A stretch of DNA of 64,000 bases from Amoeboaphelidium protococcarum X5. Taxonomy: Eukaryota > Fungi > Aphelidiomycota. A program made the position numbers and the translations under genes. The notes under the pieces were generated by a model. That model had not been told where the DNA came from. It worked only from the letters and a program-made list of their open reading frames with translations, and did no database searches. Below are positions 1-11,072 of the stretch, piece by piece; position 1 is the stretch's first letter; the number at the start of each line of letters is the position of its first letter. The DNA lies in assembly GCA_023515725.1 (NCBI GenBank), contig JALDTO010000098.1:894164-958163 (forward strand). Reading direction: 5' to 3'.

Positions 1-271
1 CAGCATTCACGCGGCGCTACTCTTCAGCAGGATCCTCCTCGCCCTTGGTACCATTATTATCGCTGACAGTCTTCTGAAAATTGAGTTCAACGAAAAAGTC
101 ATAATCATACTCTGCCGTAATAGATGGACGAGATTCAATGCGGCTCAGATTGACACCCTACTACTTCAAAATCTACAACACCTCATCCAGTGCACCAATC
201 TTGTCGCTAATAGAGAAGAGCAATGTAGTCTTTTAATGGGCGACAGGTGACGTTACCACAGACTTGTACAT
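1..271 (-). CDS. PAH: Aromatic amino acid (phenylalanine) hydroxylase, N-terminal ACT domain; runs off the left window edge
   Basis: With TAR=Gln: MYKSVVTSPVAHQKTTLLFSISDKIGALDEVLQILKQQGVNLSRIESRPSITAEYDYDFFVEL. This matches the AAAH ACT motif (GAL..L...VNLxxIESRPS...YxFFV). The catalytic domain is outside the window. Confidence 0.75.
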
Positions 272-652
272 TTTCCACAGTCTTGGATGTTAAAGCCAAC
301 AAGAATCTAGATGGTTATTATGCACAACGACCAAATATGGCTTCCCGGGAATGACAAGAAGAGGATCTGTTAAAAAGACAAAACAACTCTCTCAGAATCA
401 AAGCCGAAATCAGCGGAGGCTTTCTTTGTTGATGATCTGAGCAAATCGTCAATCAGTCAAGCAAGAGCCATGAACATTTCACTCGTCATCGCGTTCTGAG
501 AAAGCTCTGATAGGCTCGGCTGTGATCGGCAACGCGTTTCTGTTTCAACTTTGAGTTACGGTTTCAAGTTGAGCTTCTCTGTGGGTGTAAAAGAAGGTGA
601 ATATCTGACTATCTATCTGCATAGTATCTTTTCAATACCAACACTTGAGAAT

Positions 653-2580
653 ATGACCGTGAAGGATGGGTTTAATGTGCCATTGAACAACTGCTGCCAG
701 GTGTGTGGTGGTTTTGTTGAATTGAAAAGAGGAGATTTCGTTGCTGCCCACTCAGTGTAAGAGTGTCCTCTCACGGTCACGCCTGATTCAGAGGACGCAG
801 AAGATGGAATTGCTTAATTGATATCCATTCTGAACCACATTAGTGAACGCCTATCTGATTGTGAAATTTAGGAAATTATTGTTGAACCTACACTTTAGAG
901 ACTGGCCTTGCGTAAAGCCTTAATTGAGTAGCATCTACATCGCTTGAATGTTGCTTTGATTTATTATGGTCCTAGAATTATTTACTTTGAATATAATAAA
1001 CCAGTAGTAGATGAATTATCGAATGATGATTCTGCTGCATAGAACGCTGTTGATAGCATACCGTAAAGTTAGAATAATCAAGATGGTTTGGATGACTTTT
1101 TATGGGATGATGCTCAAGTTCTACAGTACATTCAGTCGAGTGCTGAAGATCAAATATAGTCTGATTAATAAAATGTTCAAGGTAATAGTAATAATAAAAG
1201 TCTTAAGCGCAAATTACTGGAGATGGTTGGATCCGATGATGAATATTAAATCTTCAAGTCTAATTTGAATCTCTAAAAGAGTACTACTAATAAAGCTGTA
1301 TAGAATAACATTCTCACTGGCGTTGATATTATTGATAACGGGGATGATAATTCGAATGATGTTGACAATGATGATGATGATAGCGATAGTGATTCTCTCT
1401 TTCCTGAGAATCGTGTTAGTAAGACCAGAGAGCCTGGGGATGAGTATAGAGATGATGATGAGGTGCAAGTTACGAAGGATGAGCTATTAGATTTGTTTGA
1501 ACTGAGTGCTGAAGTGGCCGAAGATGAAGCTGGTGACAGCTCAGGAAATTCATAATCTAATGAGGAGGTGTAAGATAATGCTGCTGCTAGAATATAGTTG
1601 TTTGACCAAGAAATGCTTTGCTAGTTCCAGTAGTAGCTATCAGAAAATCTCCAAATAGTATTGTAATCGCTCGCTATTTCTAAAGAATTTCAACTGCTTA
1701 ATCTATAAAACTTTAATTATTGGAAGTTATAACTGTCTGGTTTTATCGATTTGGTGAGATTGGGGATGAATGATACTTAATCCACGTCGACTATGCTGGA
1801 CCAAGTGCCTCTTCTTAAAAATTAATTGCCTCTGCTAGTCAAAACGATCAAGGATATCGAACATGCACCAATCTCTGCAGACTTTAATAAAGGCTTGCTC
1901 CAGAATTGGAATATCATGGGCCAAGCAGCGTCTCTGAACCGCAAGAAGAGGACGCACATCCCCTTTCCAAACTCGTTGTAGATTCTATTAATGAACCTTG
2001 GACTTCGTTTCGATGGTAAACTCATCCCAGATTGGACTGTCAAAGGTAAGTTTCAATGTAATGCTATTCACATGAACCATTATCTATTTTATTATCAAAT
2101 GTAGAGAAGCTAGCTGGGTTCAGGGCCGTAGAAGATGAGCTCCTTATCATGTCACTGTATGAGTATGGACAAAACTACAACATGATTCGAGAGCAACATT
2201 TGCCGCATAAATCTAATCAAGCGATCATTAATAGGCTAAAAAATTAGAGCGCGAAACGCGTTGGTGGTAATAGTATGATCAAACAGTATTATTTCAGCTC
2301 TAGGAAGCCGTTTCTGGATAAGGAGTAGTAGTTGTTAAGATCTGGTATATAAAAATACGGAGCTGATTTTCACAAAATTCAGAGCCGCTTCCTTCCTCAT
2401 CGTTATGTCGGAGAACTGAGACGTGCATACGCCGTACTGCATGAAAGATGGAACCCCCCGGAGCATTCCTGTGTGGTTCTGTAATCTGCGGAGAATCTTC
2501 ATTTTACTCAGCAAAAGGATCATGGCTCGATTGATGTTCTTTTCATTTATGACGATGAAGATTCTGCAGGTGCAAATTGA
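653..2580 (+). CDS. GON4L/DUO3-like Myb/SANT-domain nuclear protein
   Basis: Continuous frame under TAR=Gln with one intron (2046-2104). Contains an acidic region, VQVTKDELLDLFE, FDQEMLCQFQQQLSENLQIVLQ, and two Myb/SANT-like repeats (FRAVEDELLIMSLYEYGQNYNMIREQHLPHKS; FLDKEQQLLRSGIQKYGADFHKIQSRFLPHR). Start uncertain: 653 is the first in-frame ATG after the TGA at 497-499. Confidence 0.6.
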
Positions 2581-2744
2581 TGATTATGATGATGATGTTG
2601 TGTATAATGAGCGCGTAATTTGACGAGCCAGAAATTTTCGTTTCAACATTTGTCATTGTGGATTTGTTTTGAAACGCTTGACGACACGCGTCCCTTATGA
2701 CATCTCCTATTGTTCACTCTTATTGTATTGACAAGCGTTCTATA

Positions 2745-3653
2745 ATGGTTCAAGAGTACAGATAATAAATTACACTGGCGCACTGTAGAGTCTTGATACT
2801 ATTGTTCTTGTGCATTCTATTTGCATTGTCAATCGTTAGTGTTCCGTAGCAAAAGATTGTCGTTAATGGCGGTGGTAGTGTCAAAGGAATATAGCAGAAC
2901 ATGCGCCTGAAATCAGTATTAGCCAAACCACGTCTTTAGTATGAAATATTCAGCTCATGGGAAGATTGTGCTCAATTTGTCTGCATTTTCAAGCATTTGA
3001 ATGAATCTGAATATACTCACTATCCTCCAATTCAGTCATTATCTAAGAAGCTGCCGTTCTGTAATGATTTATTGTTTCATGGTCTGAAACAGTTGGACCG
3101 TTTACTCAAAAACCATCATATCGATTATTACTTGGTGTTTGGCACGCTACTTGGCTCACAGTATAATGACATTTTTGGTTGGACACCGGACGTTGATCTT
3201 GCTGTTAAGGCGGATGCATTTGAGAAAATGCTACTAGACCCGGCTGTCCATCGAGATTTGCACAAGTCTGGCTTTGTCCTGTATCGGGGCGGTGAACGCC
3301 TAGCACGCGTATGTCTGTCATATGGTCATCCTTTGATATAGAATTCTGTGCTACCTGCTAAGAATAGAACAAAAATTTAATCCGAGTATTACAAGAACTT
3401 TATATACTACGACATTTACAAAGAATTCAAGCTCGCCAATGGACAGCTGCGTATTAATCCCTCCCAGTGCCCATTGTCTCATTCAGATATATATCCACTG
3501 ACTAGAGATGAATGTGCAATAAGGAATCATACCATGCTATGCCCAAGGAACAAGACGGGTATACTTAGACAGCATTACGGTCCAAAGTACAATTAAATGA
3601 TTCAAAACATTTCTAATGATGAGATGGCAACATATGGCTGCGGCATTTAATGA
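2745..3653 (+). CDS. LicD/fukutin-family phosphotransferase, type II membrane protein (302 aa)
   Basis: N-terminal hydrophobic anchor VLILLFLCILFALSIVSV, motif YYLVFGTLLGS...WTPDVDLAV, C-terminal IYPL...CP...LRQHYG. Ends TAA-TGA. Confidence 0.8.
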
Positions 3654-3740
3654 TCCGAATGTGAAGCTGAATTGGAAATGTTAAATAGTGATTAAAACAG
3701 ACAATAAACGTGCTTTGTTAGTATAAATAATATTAATTTA

Positions 3741-4346
3741 TCATAGTTTCTATTACCGCAGTTTGTAATCATTTAACCCTTGATGTACTATCTGAATGTA
3801 TTGCTTGGCCTCAGTTCCATAGACAGCCTCACATTTAGCAGTCAATGACATCAATTCTTTACAAGATTTTACGCGTTTCCTCTACTAACCGCATCTATCC
3901 AGTTAAGCACCACTGAGAAATGATTCTTTTTAATATTAATTTCTCCATCTGGACAATAAATCTTCCCCGCCACCAATATTCACACATTGATAAAGATCGA
4001 GCAATTCTTGTGCACATAACTCTTCTCCAATCTAATCATGTTTAAGTTTATCCTACACCGGATAGAATTGGTCCAAGAATTAATGCCTCTACACATTGGT
4101 CATAGCCTTCCACTCATCTAGCGGCATTATATCTTGCATAGTATTGTAATCTGGTTCAAATGGGGCATCATTTTGAGTAGTAGTAACGGAATCGTCGTCA
4201 TCAATATTATTATTACCAGGTTCCAACGACCGACCAATAGAGGGACCTTCCAAGTAATCATACAAGACTTTAACACCGTTAAATACGCGTCGACCATACT
4301 CTTTCCACTGGCTACTATCATTTCCATCACCGTTCTGAGTCGCCAT
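3741..4346 (-). CDS. Hypothetical protein (201 aa) with twin CX9C motifs, EMI1/DUF3128-like
   Basis: ORF-track segment 4089-4346 continues through TAG/TAA to TGA at 3741. Contains CAQELLDLYQC-VNIGGG and CGQQRKRVKSC. Confidence 0.6.
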
Positions 4347-4939
4347 GGCTTACTGATCTTTTTGAAAGGCTCTTTTGCAACTAGGATGAGAGACGCCGCA
4401 CTTCATAAACGTTCGCCTTCAATTTAATTACAATTCGGCTAAGCATGTTCTTAAATCTGTCTAATATTTATTTTCAATAAAGCAAAAGAGAAATGTTGGA
4501 TACTGCTTCAAGAGACTTGACTTTAAGTGCGGTATCTCCCTATAAGAGAAGCATCGAAACTGATCAGCCTAGTTGATCAATTAGGATGTCATTGTAGATC
4601 CAAAGACTTTATGATCTGCGATTACAGTAGGTAGTTCATTTGTAATCATCAGACAATGCAACATATAATCTGATCTTGTGAAGCTGAATTCTTTATAAAT
4701 GTCTGAAATGTATTATAATACCTCCTTAGCTTAATTGAGTACTGAATAACTGCTCCCATAGTCCAACAATAGCTAACCTAAATTCACAACTGAGCCCCCC
4801 TGAAGCATTGTGGCTTGGACTTCTGGACAATCCTTGTTATCTTTTAAGCAGCACAAAGCCTTATATCAGATAATCTTTGATATTTCATATATTCAGCAAA
4901 TATAGGAGTTGACGAGAAAAATAATTGTAATAATAAAGT

Positions 4940-6322
4940 ATGACTAAAGAGGATCGTAAAGTCGCGTTTGTAACTGTTGGTACTCGTGGCGATGTTCAAC
5001 CATTCGTGCTATTGAGTGAGTATCTTTTGTAAAATACCTCGTACAAGCCCACCATAGTTACTAATGAAAATTATAAGCAGTGGATCGAGTCCAAGAATAT
5101 CAATTTCTAGACGATGTTCAAGGATGGGAAAGATGTTGACGCTGAATTGGCACGCGCTGATATGGCTGAGGCTATTGCCAAAGGAGACACTACCAAGTTC
5201 TTGGAGATGATCGCTGAGCCTCCAGAAGTAGAAACTTAAAAGCTTGAAGCCATAATTGAGATATGCCGTGATCATGATTTGATTATTGGTAATCAGATCA
5301 CTATGCTTTATACGATGTTTGCTGGAAAGATCCTGCAAAAGCCCTCTGGACTTTGGCTGACGTATCCATCCCATCGTACAAGCTTTTTCCCGAATCCGCT
5401 ATTGCCTATCCCAAACTTGAAGCTATGAAATGGCTTGAGCTACGATTTGCTGGACAAGGTCATGTGGAAGATGCAGCAGCCTTTAATATCCGTGTGGGCA
5501 GAGATGTACAACGTAGAACTGCCTCAAACTGCATGGCAGTTCCGTCAGTGGGCAGATTCTCATCCGGCATTTTATGCTGTTAGTAACGTTGTGTTGTAGA
5601 AACCTGCTGATTGGCCTGCGATTGCTATGGTTGGTGGATACATATTGGATCGTTCGGATAGTATTGAAAAGAAGCTAGATGACGCGTTGGAATAGTTTAT
5701 CAGCTAGGCGCAACAGGATAACCAATCAGTTATCTACATCGGATTTGGTTCGATGCCAGTCACCATATCTGAATCTTTCAAGAAGTTTATTGGAGAGTTT
5801 TGCGACTTGGTGTCTATGAAGAATTTGTAGTGGCGCGTTGTACTATATGTTGGCAAGAGCACTCCTGGTGCCAGTGCTTTAGTGCAGCTGCAAGATCTTC
5901 CATCATACGTTTATCCTTTGGCTGGATGCGCCCACTCTCTCCTATTTCCCAAATGTGACTTTATCGTTCATCACGGTGGAAGCGGGACCACAGCGGCTGC
6001 ATTGGCTTCAGGAACACCGTCCATGGTGGTGTCATGTTTCGGTGACCAGCCGTACTATGGCAAGTAGACTTACAATCTGCTGGGTCGCGACGCGCCCAAG
6101 CCTTAGACTTATTAAAAGTTGCAGGCCAATAAATTGGTTGCAGCCATCTAGCAGGGATTGAATCCTAAGCTGAAGAGTAGAGCGAAGGAAGTTGCTGCCT
6201 AGATTAGCTTTGACGAAGGTTTTGTTAATGCTACCACCTTTCTGGATTAGTTGAAAGATACTTCTTCTCCTGGTCATGATGTGAATATGGGTGAGGAGAA
6301 CGCTGATCAACCACAGCGCTGA
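4940..6322 (+). CDS. Sterol 3-beta-glucosyltransferase-like GT1 glycosyltransferase (460 aa)
   Basis: GTRGDVQPF (Glyco_transf_28 N-terminus), KPADWP, IYIGFGSMP, HSLLFPKCDFIVHHGGSGTTAAALASGTP...FGDQPYYG. Intronless under TAR=Gln. Confidence 0.88.
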
Positions 6323-6603
6323 TTTGGAGATTAATACTTTAGACTTTTAATGAAATGATAAAAGGAAATAAATTAAATGCCAATGCAATACGTGCTTTAT
6401 TAAAATAGTATCATGGAACAGTTTTAGACAGTGTACATGGTGTTTTCTCTGTGGTTGTGAACTCTTATGAGACTGACTGACTGTTCCAGCAGGCAGCGAC
6501 CGCTCGACAACTTTTCTTCTCCTTTGTCGGTCTTGCGCGATTAAATACTACGGTTACATACGGTACAGTATCATAAGCTTTTAGATTAAAATCCATTCAA
6601 GTC

Positions 6604-7740
6604 ATGGCTAATACTGAGGATAATTTACATTAGGATGAACACTTTCTTGACGATGTACCCGCAGACATTGAGGTATGTTTTCATCCAATTGGTCTATTTA
6701 TCATCATAAAGTTGTTACAATCTTTAGTTTTCATGTATTGTAGGAAATTGATTTGACTCATGAGAGATTAAGAGTTATTCCTCAGTTGGATAGATTTAGT
6801 CTGTTAACGTATCTGGGACTACGATAGAACTTGATTTAATCTATGGAACCACTCAAGTCTGTTACCTCTAAACATTTGAAGACTCTGGACCTGTACGATA
6901 ACAGGATTGAGCGTGTCGAGTATCTCGATCATCTGTCTAGCATTGTGTAAGATTATATTCTGCACTTATCCCTGTCAACTACTATATCTGTACATTATGA
7001 TGCCCTTTTATTATTGTAGTTCACTGGATTTGTCGTTTAATCTGATAAGAGCTATTGAAGGACTGGACTCGCTAGTCAACTTGACGCATTTGTACTTTGT
7101 GCAGGATGCTGTTCAGAAGATTGCCAATCTATCTCACCTGAAGCAGTTATAAGTGTTGGAGTTGGGAGCCAATAGAATTTCGCGTATAGAAGGTCTAGAT
7201 GAATTAATTAGTCTTAGAGAGCTGTACCTTGGCAAGAATAAGATTACCAAGTTGGAAGGACTCGAAAAGTTGCAGCAGCTGCGTATTCTAAGCATTTAGT
7301 CTAATAAGATTACAACTATTGAGCATTTGGACAAACTCTCATAGTTGGAGGAACTCTATATCAGTCATAATAAATTAACAGAAATTGGCGGCCTGGATTA
7401 GAACTTAAAGTTGAGAGTATTAGACATTGGAAGTAATTAGATTACCTCAGTTTAAAACTTATCCCACCTATCGTGCTTGGAAGAGTTTTGGGTAATCTAA
7501 TAACCTTATTTCGATCTCTGAGTAGATATCATAGTGATGTTCATTCAGCCGTATGTGTAGGCGAGTTATAATAAAATTGAGAGTTTTAAGGAGGTAGAGA
7601 AGGAGCTGAGTGGACTTCTAAAGTTGGAAACTGTGTACTTTGAGGGAAATCCACTGGCACAGGATATTCAGTACCGCCTCAAGATTAAAATGACTCTCCC
7701 CTCAGTAAAGTAGATTGACGCCACTTTTGTCAAGTAATGA
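6604..7740 (+). CDS. SDS22: Protein phosphatase 1 regulatory subunit 7 (Sds22), LRR protein
   Basis: EIDLTHERL, LGLRQNLI, LDLYDNRI, LDLSFNLI, LELGANRI, LEEFWASYN, LETVYFEGNPL...YRLKIKMTLPSVKQIDATFV. Introns 6673-6743, 6947-7019, 7492-7560. Confidence 0.93.
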
Positions 7741-7802
7741 ATAAATATGCGACTGAATTAAATGCACTACAAAATAACAATTCATTAAAACATCCTCCTT
7801 AA

Positions 7803-8936
7803 TCATTTATAATGTTGCTTTAACACGCTTTAGGTGTATTCGGCAAATGATAATCCCTATCTCAATTCTTAAGTCCAATCTGGTTAAATGAACAGCGCTA
7901 GAGTATTTCTAACCAGATTATCTCTGCTCAAGTCACAATTGGGAGGAATCTTTAGATTAGATACGCAGTGAGGTGTGGCTCTGAGTGCTCCATCGCTCAT
8001 AATTTCCAATGCTTCTCCAGTCTGAATAGCCATACTATTGGTGGGAATTTCAACTCTAACAATCTGGTTATCGCGATTTCTAATATGCAACCCACCGCCA
8101 AATTATCCTTTTAATTCAATCTTTTATCCACCGTCGTTAATGTCACTACAAGCATTAGATGTTCTATTTCTAAGAGGCGATGTAGCTGGGTCATCTCTCA
8201 TTATCATTGGGGCAGTCAGTACTGTAAGACAGGAGTGATCAACATGCCAACCGCAGAGATCATCGTTCAACGCCGCACTCTTACATTTCGATGACTAATC
8301 ACTTTATGGGAAGTAGTGGAGCAGACGCGCTTTCAGACATTTAGTATTACCAACTATGGATTATAGACTACAGCCGCTCTAAGACTATTTCAATGTTTAT
8401 TTAGATAGAAATTAATCGCATAATGTCGCAACATTTCCAGCGACTTGGAGCATTAAATTACATAGATCCGCCATTGCAGGCTTCAGCTGAGGCAGAGATT
8501 ATGGCCAAAGATTCGGATGACAATACTCTGGATATCGCCGCACTATTTCAGGATCTAAATTGCGTAATTCTTACTCACCTTACACAGGATTAGCATAGAA
8601 CGAACCCTTGGCAAAGTCAGGCCTGCCGTCGCTCTTCATAATCTCCTTGCCATGAGACCAGCCAAACATATAGCTCGACTCTGGATCCTCAAGTTCTTCC
8701 AATTCACTCTGCGGTAGGTGAGCCAGTTTAGATGCTAACGGTAAAACCGTCTATCGCAAAGTCTCATAATGTGGAATATCTTTAATCAAGATTATGCCTA
8801 AAGCGGTGGGATGATTACCAAACGCCTCCTCAATCTAGGCCAGTACCTGCAACCTCTTGCTCTCATCAATCAAATCTGCATATGCAATGGTAACAGGTTT
8901 CTACTGGGCATCAGCTACTTTGTCATCTTGAGTCAT
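7803..8936 (-). CDS. 2-oxoglutarate/Fe(II)-dependent oxygenase, IPNS/clavaminate synthase-like (377 aa)
   Basis: AFG...LGIILIKDIP, FGWSHGKE, PDFAKGSFYANP, KARLLHYFP, CGWHVDHSCLT (HxD), IQTGEALEIMSDGALRATPHCV, RNTLALFI. Confidence 0.85.
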
Positions 8937-9096
8937 ATTTCTCTATATCAATCTAATGCGTATATAACAAAAATATTAATAGGTGAAAGAAAGTGATAGT
9001 GTGATTAACAATGGTCAAATATGGCGAAGAAACTGATCAAACAAAGTGGCGCAATAAAAATAGTCAGCTGATTATTAAACTTACACACAGTAGTTC

Positions 9097-10823
9097 TCAA
9101 AAATACTGTCCCTTATTATGTATCATTAAAGAAATGGTCTCACGCTCCAGCTTTAGACCGCAGCCCGATGAAGCTCTAGTTGGCATTATTTGCACTTTCA
9201 CCTAACCATGATGATCGGCGGTTGACGTTGATTAATAAAACTACCAGAACGCATCCAGGCGGTTTACAACTTCATCGCTGTCTATCACTAGGCAATATAT
9301 GGCGTCATACCCACCTGCCCCTGGACAAGCAGATGCAATAACACCTTCAATCTCATCACTCCTATCCAAGAGTTCAGTCTGCGTAGGTGGCTCAATCTCA
9401 ACGCCTGCAAACTCTGATAACCAGCGCAACTTTTCTCTCACCCCGAGCATTGCTTATCTGACTTGACACAGTAATCTATACGCCTTTAATTAAGATTGTC
9501 CGCCAGTCAACACATTCTCACTTCCATTCAATGAGAACTTCACTTATGCCAACTGCGATATTTCATCCGCTGATACTTCAATTTCGCATAGTTCTTCCAA
9601 TAGCACCGCAACTGCTTAGTTCGCTTAATGTAATGACTAGAATAATTCTTCGCCACCTTCAGGATTTTCATTTTTCCACTGCAACACCTTCTTAACCATG
9701 GACGGGGTACTAGATCCTCCATGCACATCAGCAAGAACTATCTGCATCCATGGAGGCAGCTTGAAACTTGACACCTTCTATGACCAAAGTTGATCATTAC
9801 CATCAATAACATTCTTAAGTTTAGTCACTGAATTTTATTTTAGGACATCTAATGCTGACTCTAATCCCTGCCGGCTCCATGTCTAAAACTTTTGAGAACC
9901 GTATAGAGCAGCGGAAACATCGAATCCACTACCAACCTTACCCTGTGCTATGAAATGACACAACTATGCAATATTATGGATTCTTGACATTATGGCATCA
10001 TTAGTCACAAAATTAGGCTATACCAACTATTGGGAACAATCATCACTCATATCTTCATCATGATGAAAAAGATTAATCATCAGACTAGATACCAGGCTAC
10101 TGACGAGAGCAGCAGAACTACCAAGACCAGTCTTTTGGACATTGCCAACGGGAGTACCCATCAATGCAAACTTTGGCAATTGCTTCAGTCCCGCGAGATT
10201 GCTTGATTGTCCACTATTTTTCAAGTTTCCAGATTATGAATAAAAATCATTATCCGCCGCAATGGTAATGTAAATTTTAAAGGGAAATCCAGTCTTGTTA
10301 TCTATTGCATGGGCACGCAGTAAAGACAGCACAACTTATAACGTGACATCGATAAAGTCATTCTCATTCATCTCACGTGCAGCACTCCTACATGGATTCT
10401 CAATTATAAGGAATACTTACTATTCATTGAAAACAAACTAATACAAAATCTTACTGTAACGGTATTAAGTCATCATAATAAAGGTCTGGCTAGCTGCGAG
10501 TTTATATAGTAGTACCTCTGTAGATTAAGTAGCGACGATCAGATTTGGTGAATTGGGGACTTTTTACGCTCACATGGCAAAAGTCTGTATCGTAGCCATT
10601 ACTACTATGTACACTCTCCACCGTGCAGTAGAATCGGGCATCAGTGGCCAATACATAGCCAGCGAATCTCTCATCCAGCACCACGTATCCACCCAGCATT
10701 AAGACCTTGCCTGGACATGATACTGTACTACACACATGTATGTATATTGATTGATTGAGATTATATGTAATTCACAAAGAGCGAATAAAGTAATTACGTG
10801 ATTCTGTCAGGCTTCTTTGTCAT
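9097..10823 (-). CDS. ERG8: Phosphomevalonate kinase, fungal/plant ERG8 (GHMP) type
   Basis: SCPGKVLMLGGYVVLD, KTGLGSSAAL, HFIAQGKVGSGFDVSAALYGSQ, IEPPTQTELLD, PGAGGYDAI. Introns 10728-10797 and about 10388-10454. Confidence 0.92.
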
Positions 10824-11072
10824 ATTAAATCTATAATCTATACAAACGGCGTATACTATTCACACACAAAGGTAATTCTCTAGTGGAGCCTAACAGTAGA
10901 ATGGCTTAGTTAACGCGCGCTCTAACTCTTCAGCTTTCAAATCGCTCAATTCGTTTTCTCTTAAAGAACTAACTTGCGCGTGTTTAATCTACAAGTCGCT
11001 CACAATTTACTAAATTTACATTAATAAATCGTATTCCCTAGTTAAAAATACTGTCTGATCTTATCTGGTAAT

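Noticed and set aside
4422-4760. About 110-codon minus-strand frame (MGAVIQYSIKLRRLL...) between the CX9C gene and the glycosyltransferase
   Set aside because: No recognisable motif. With only one stop codon, frames of this length arise by chance.
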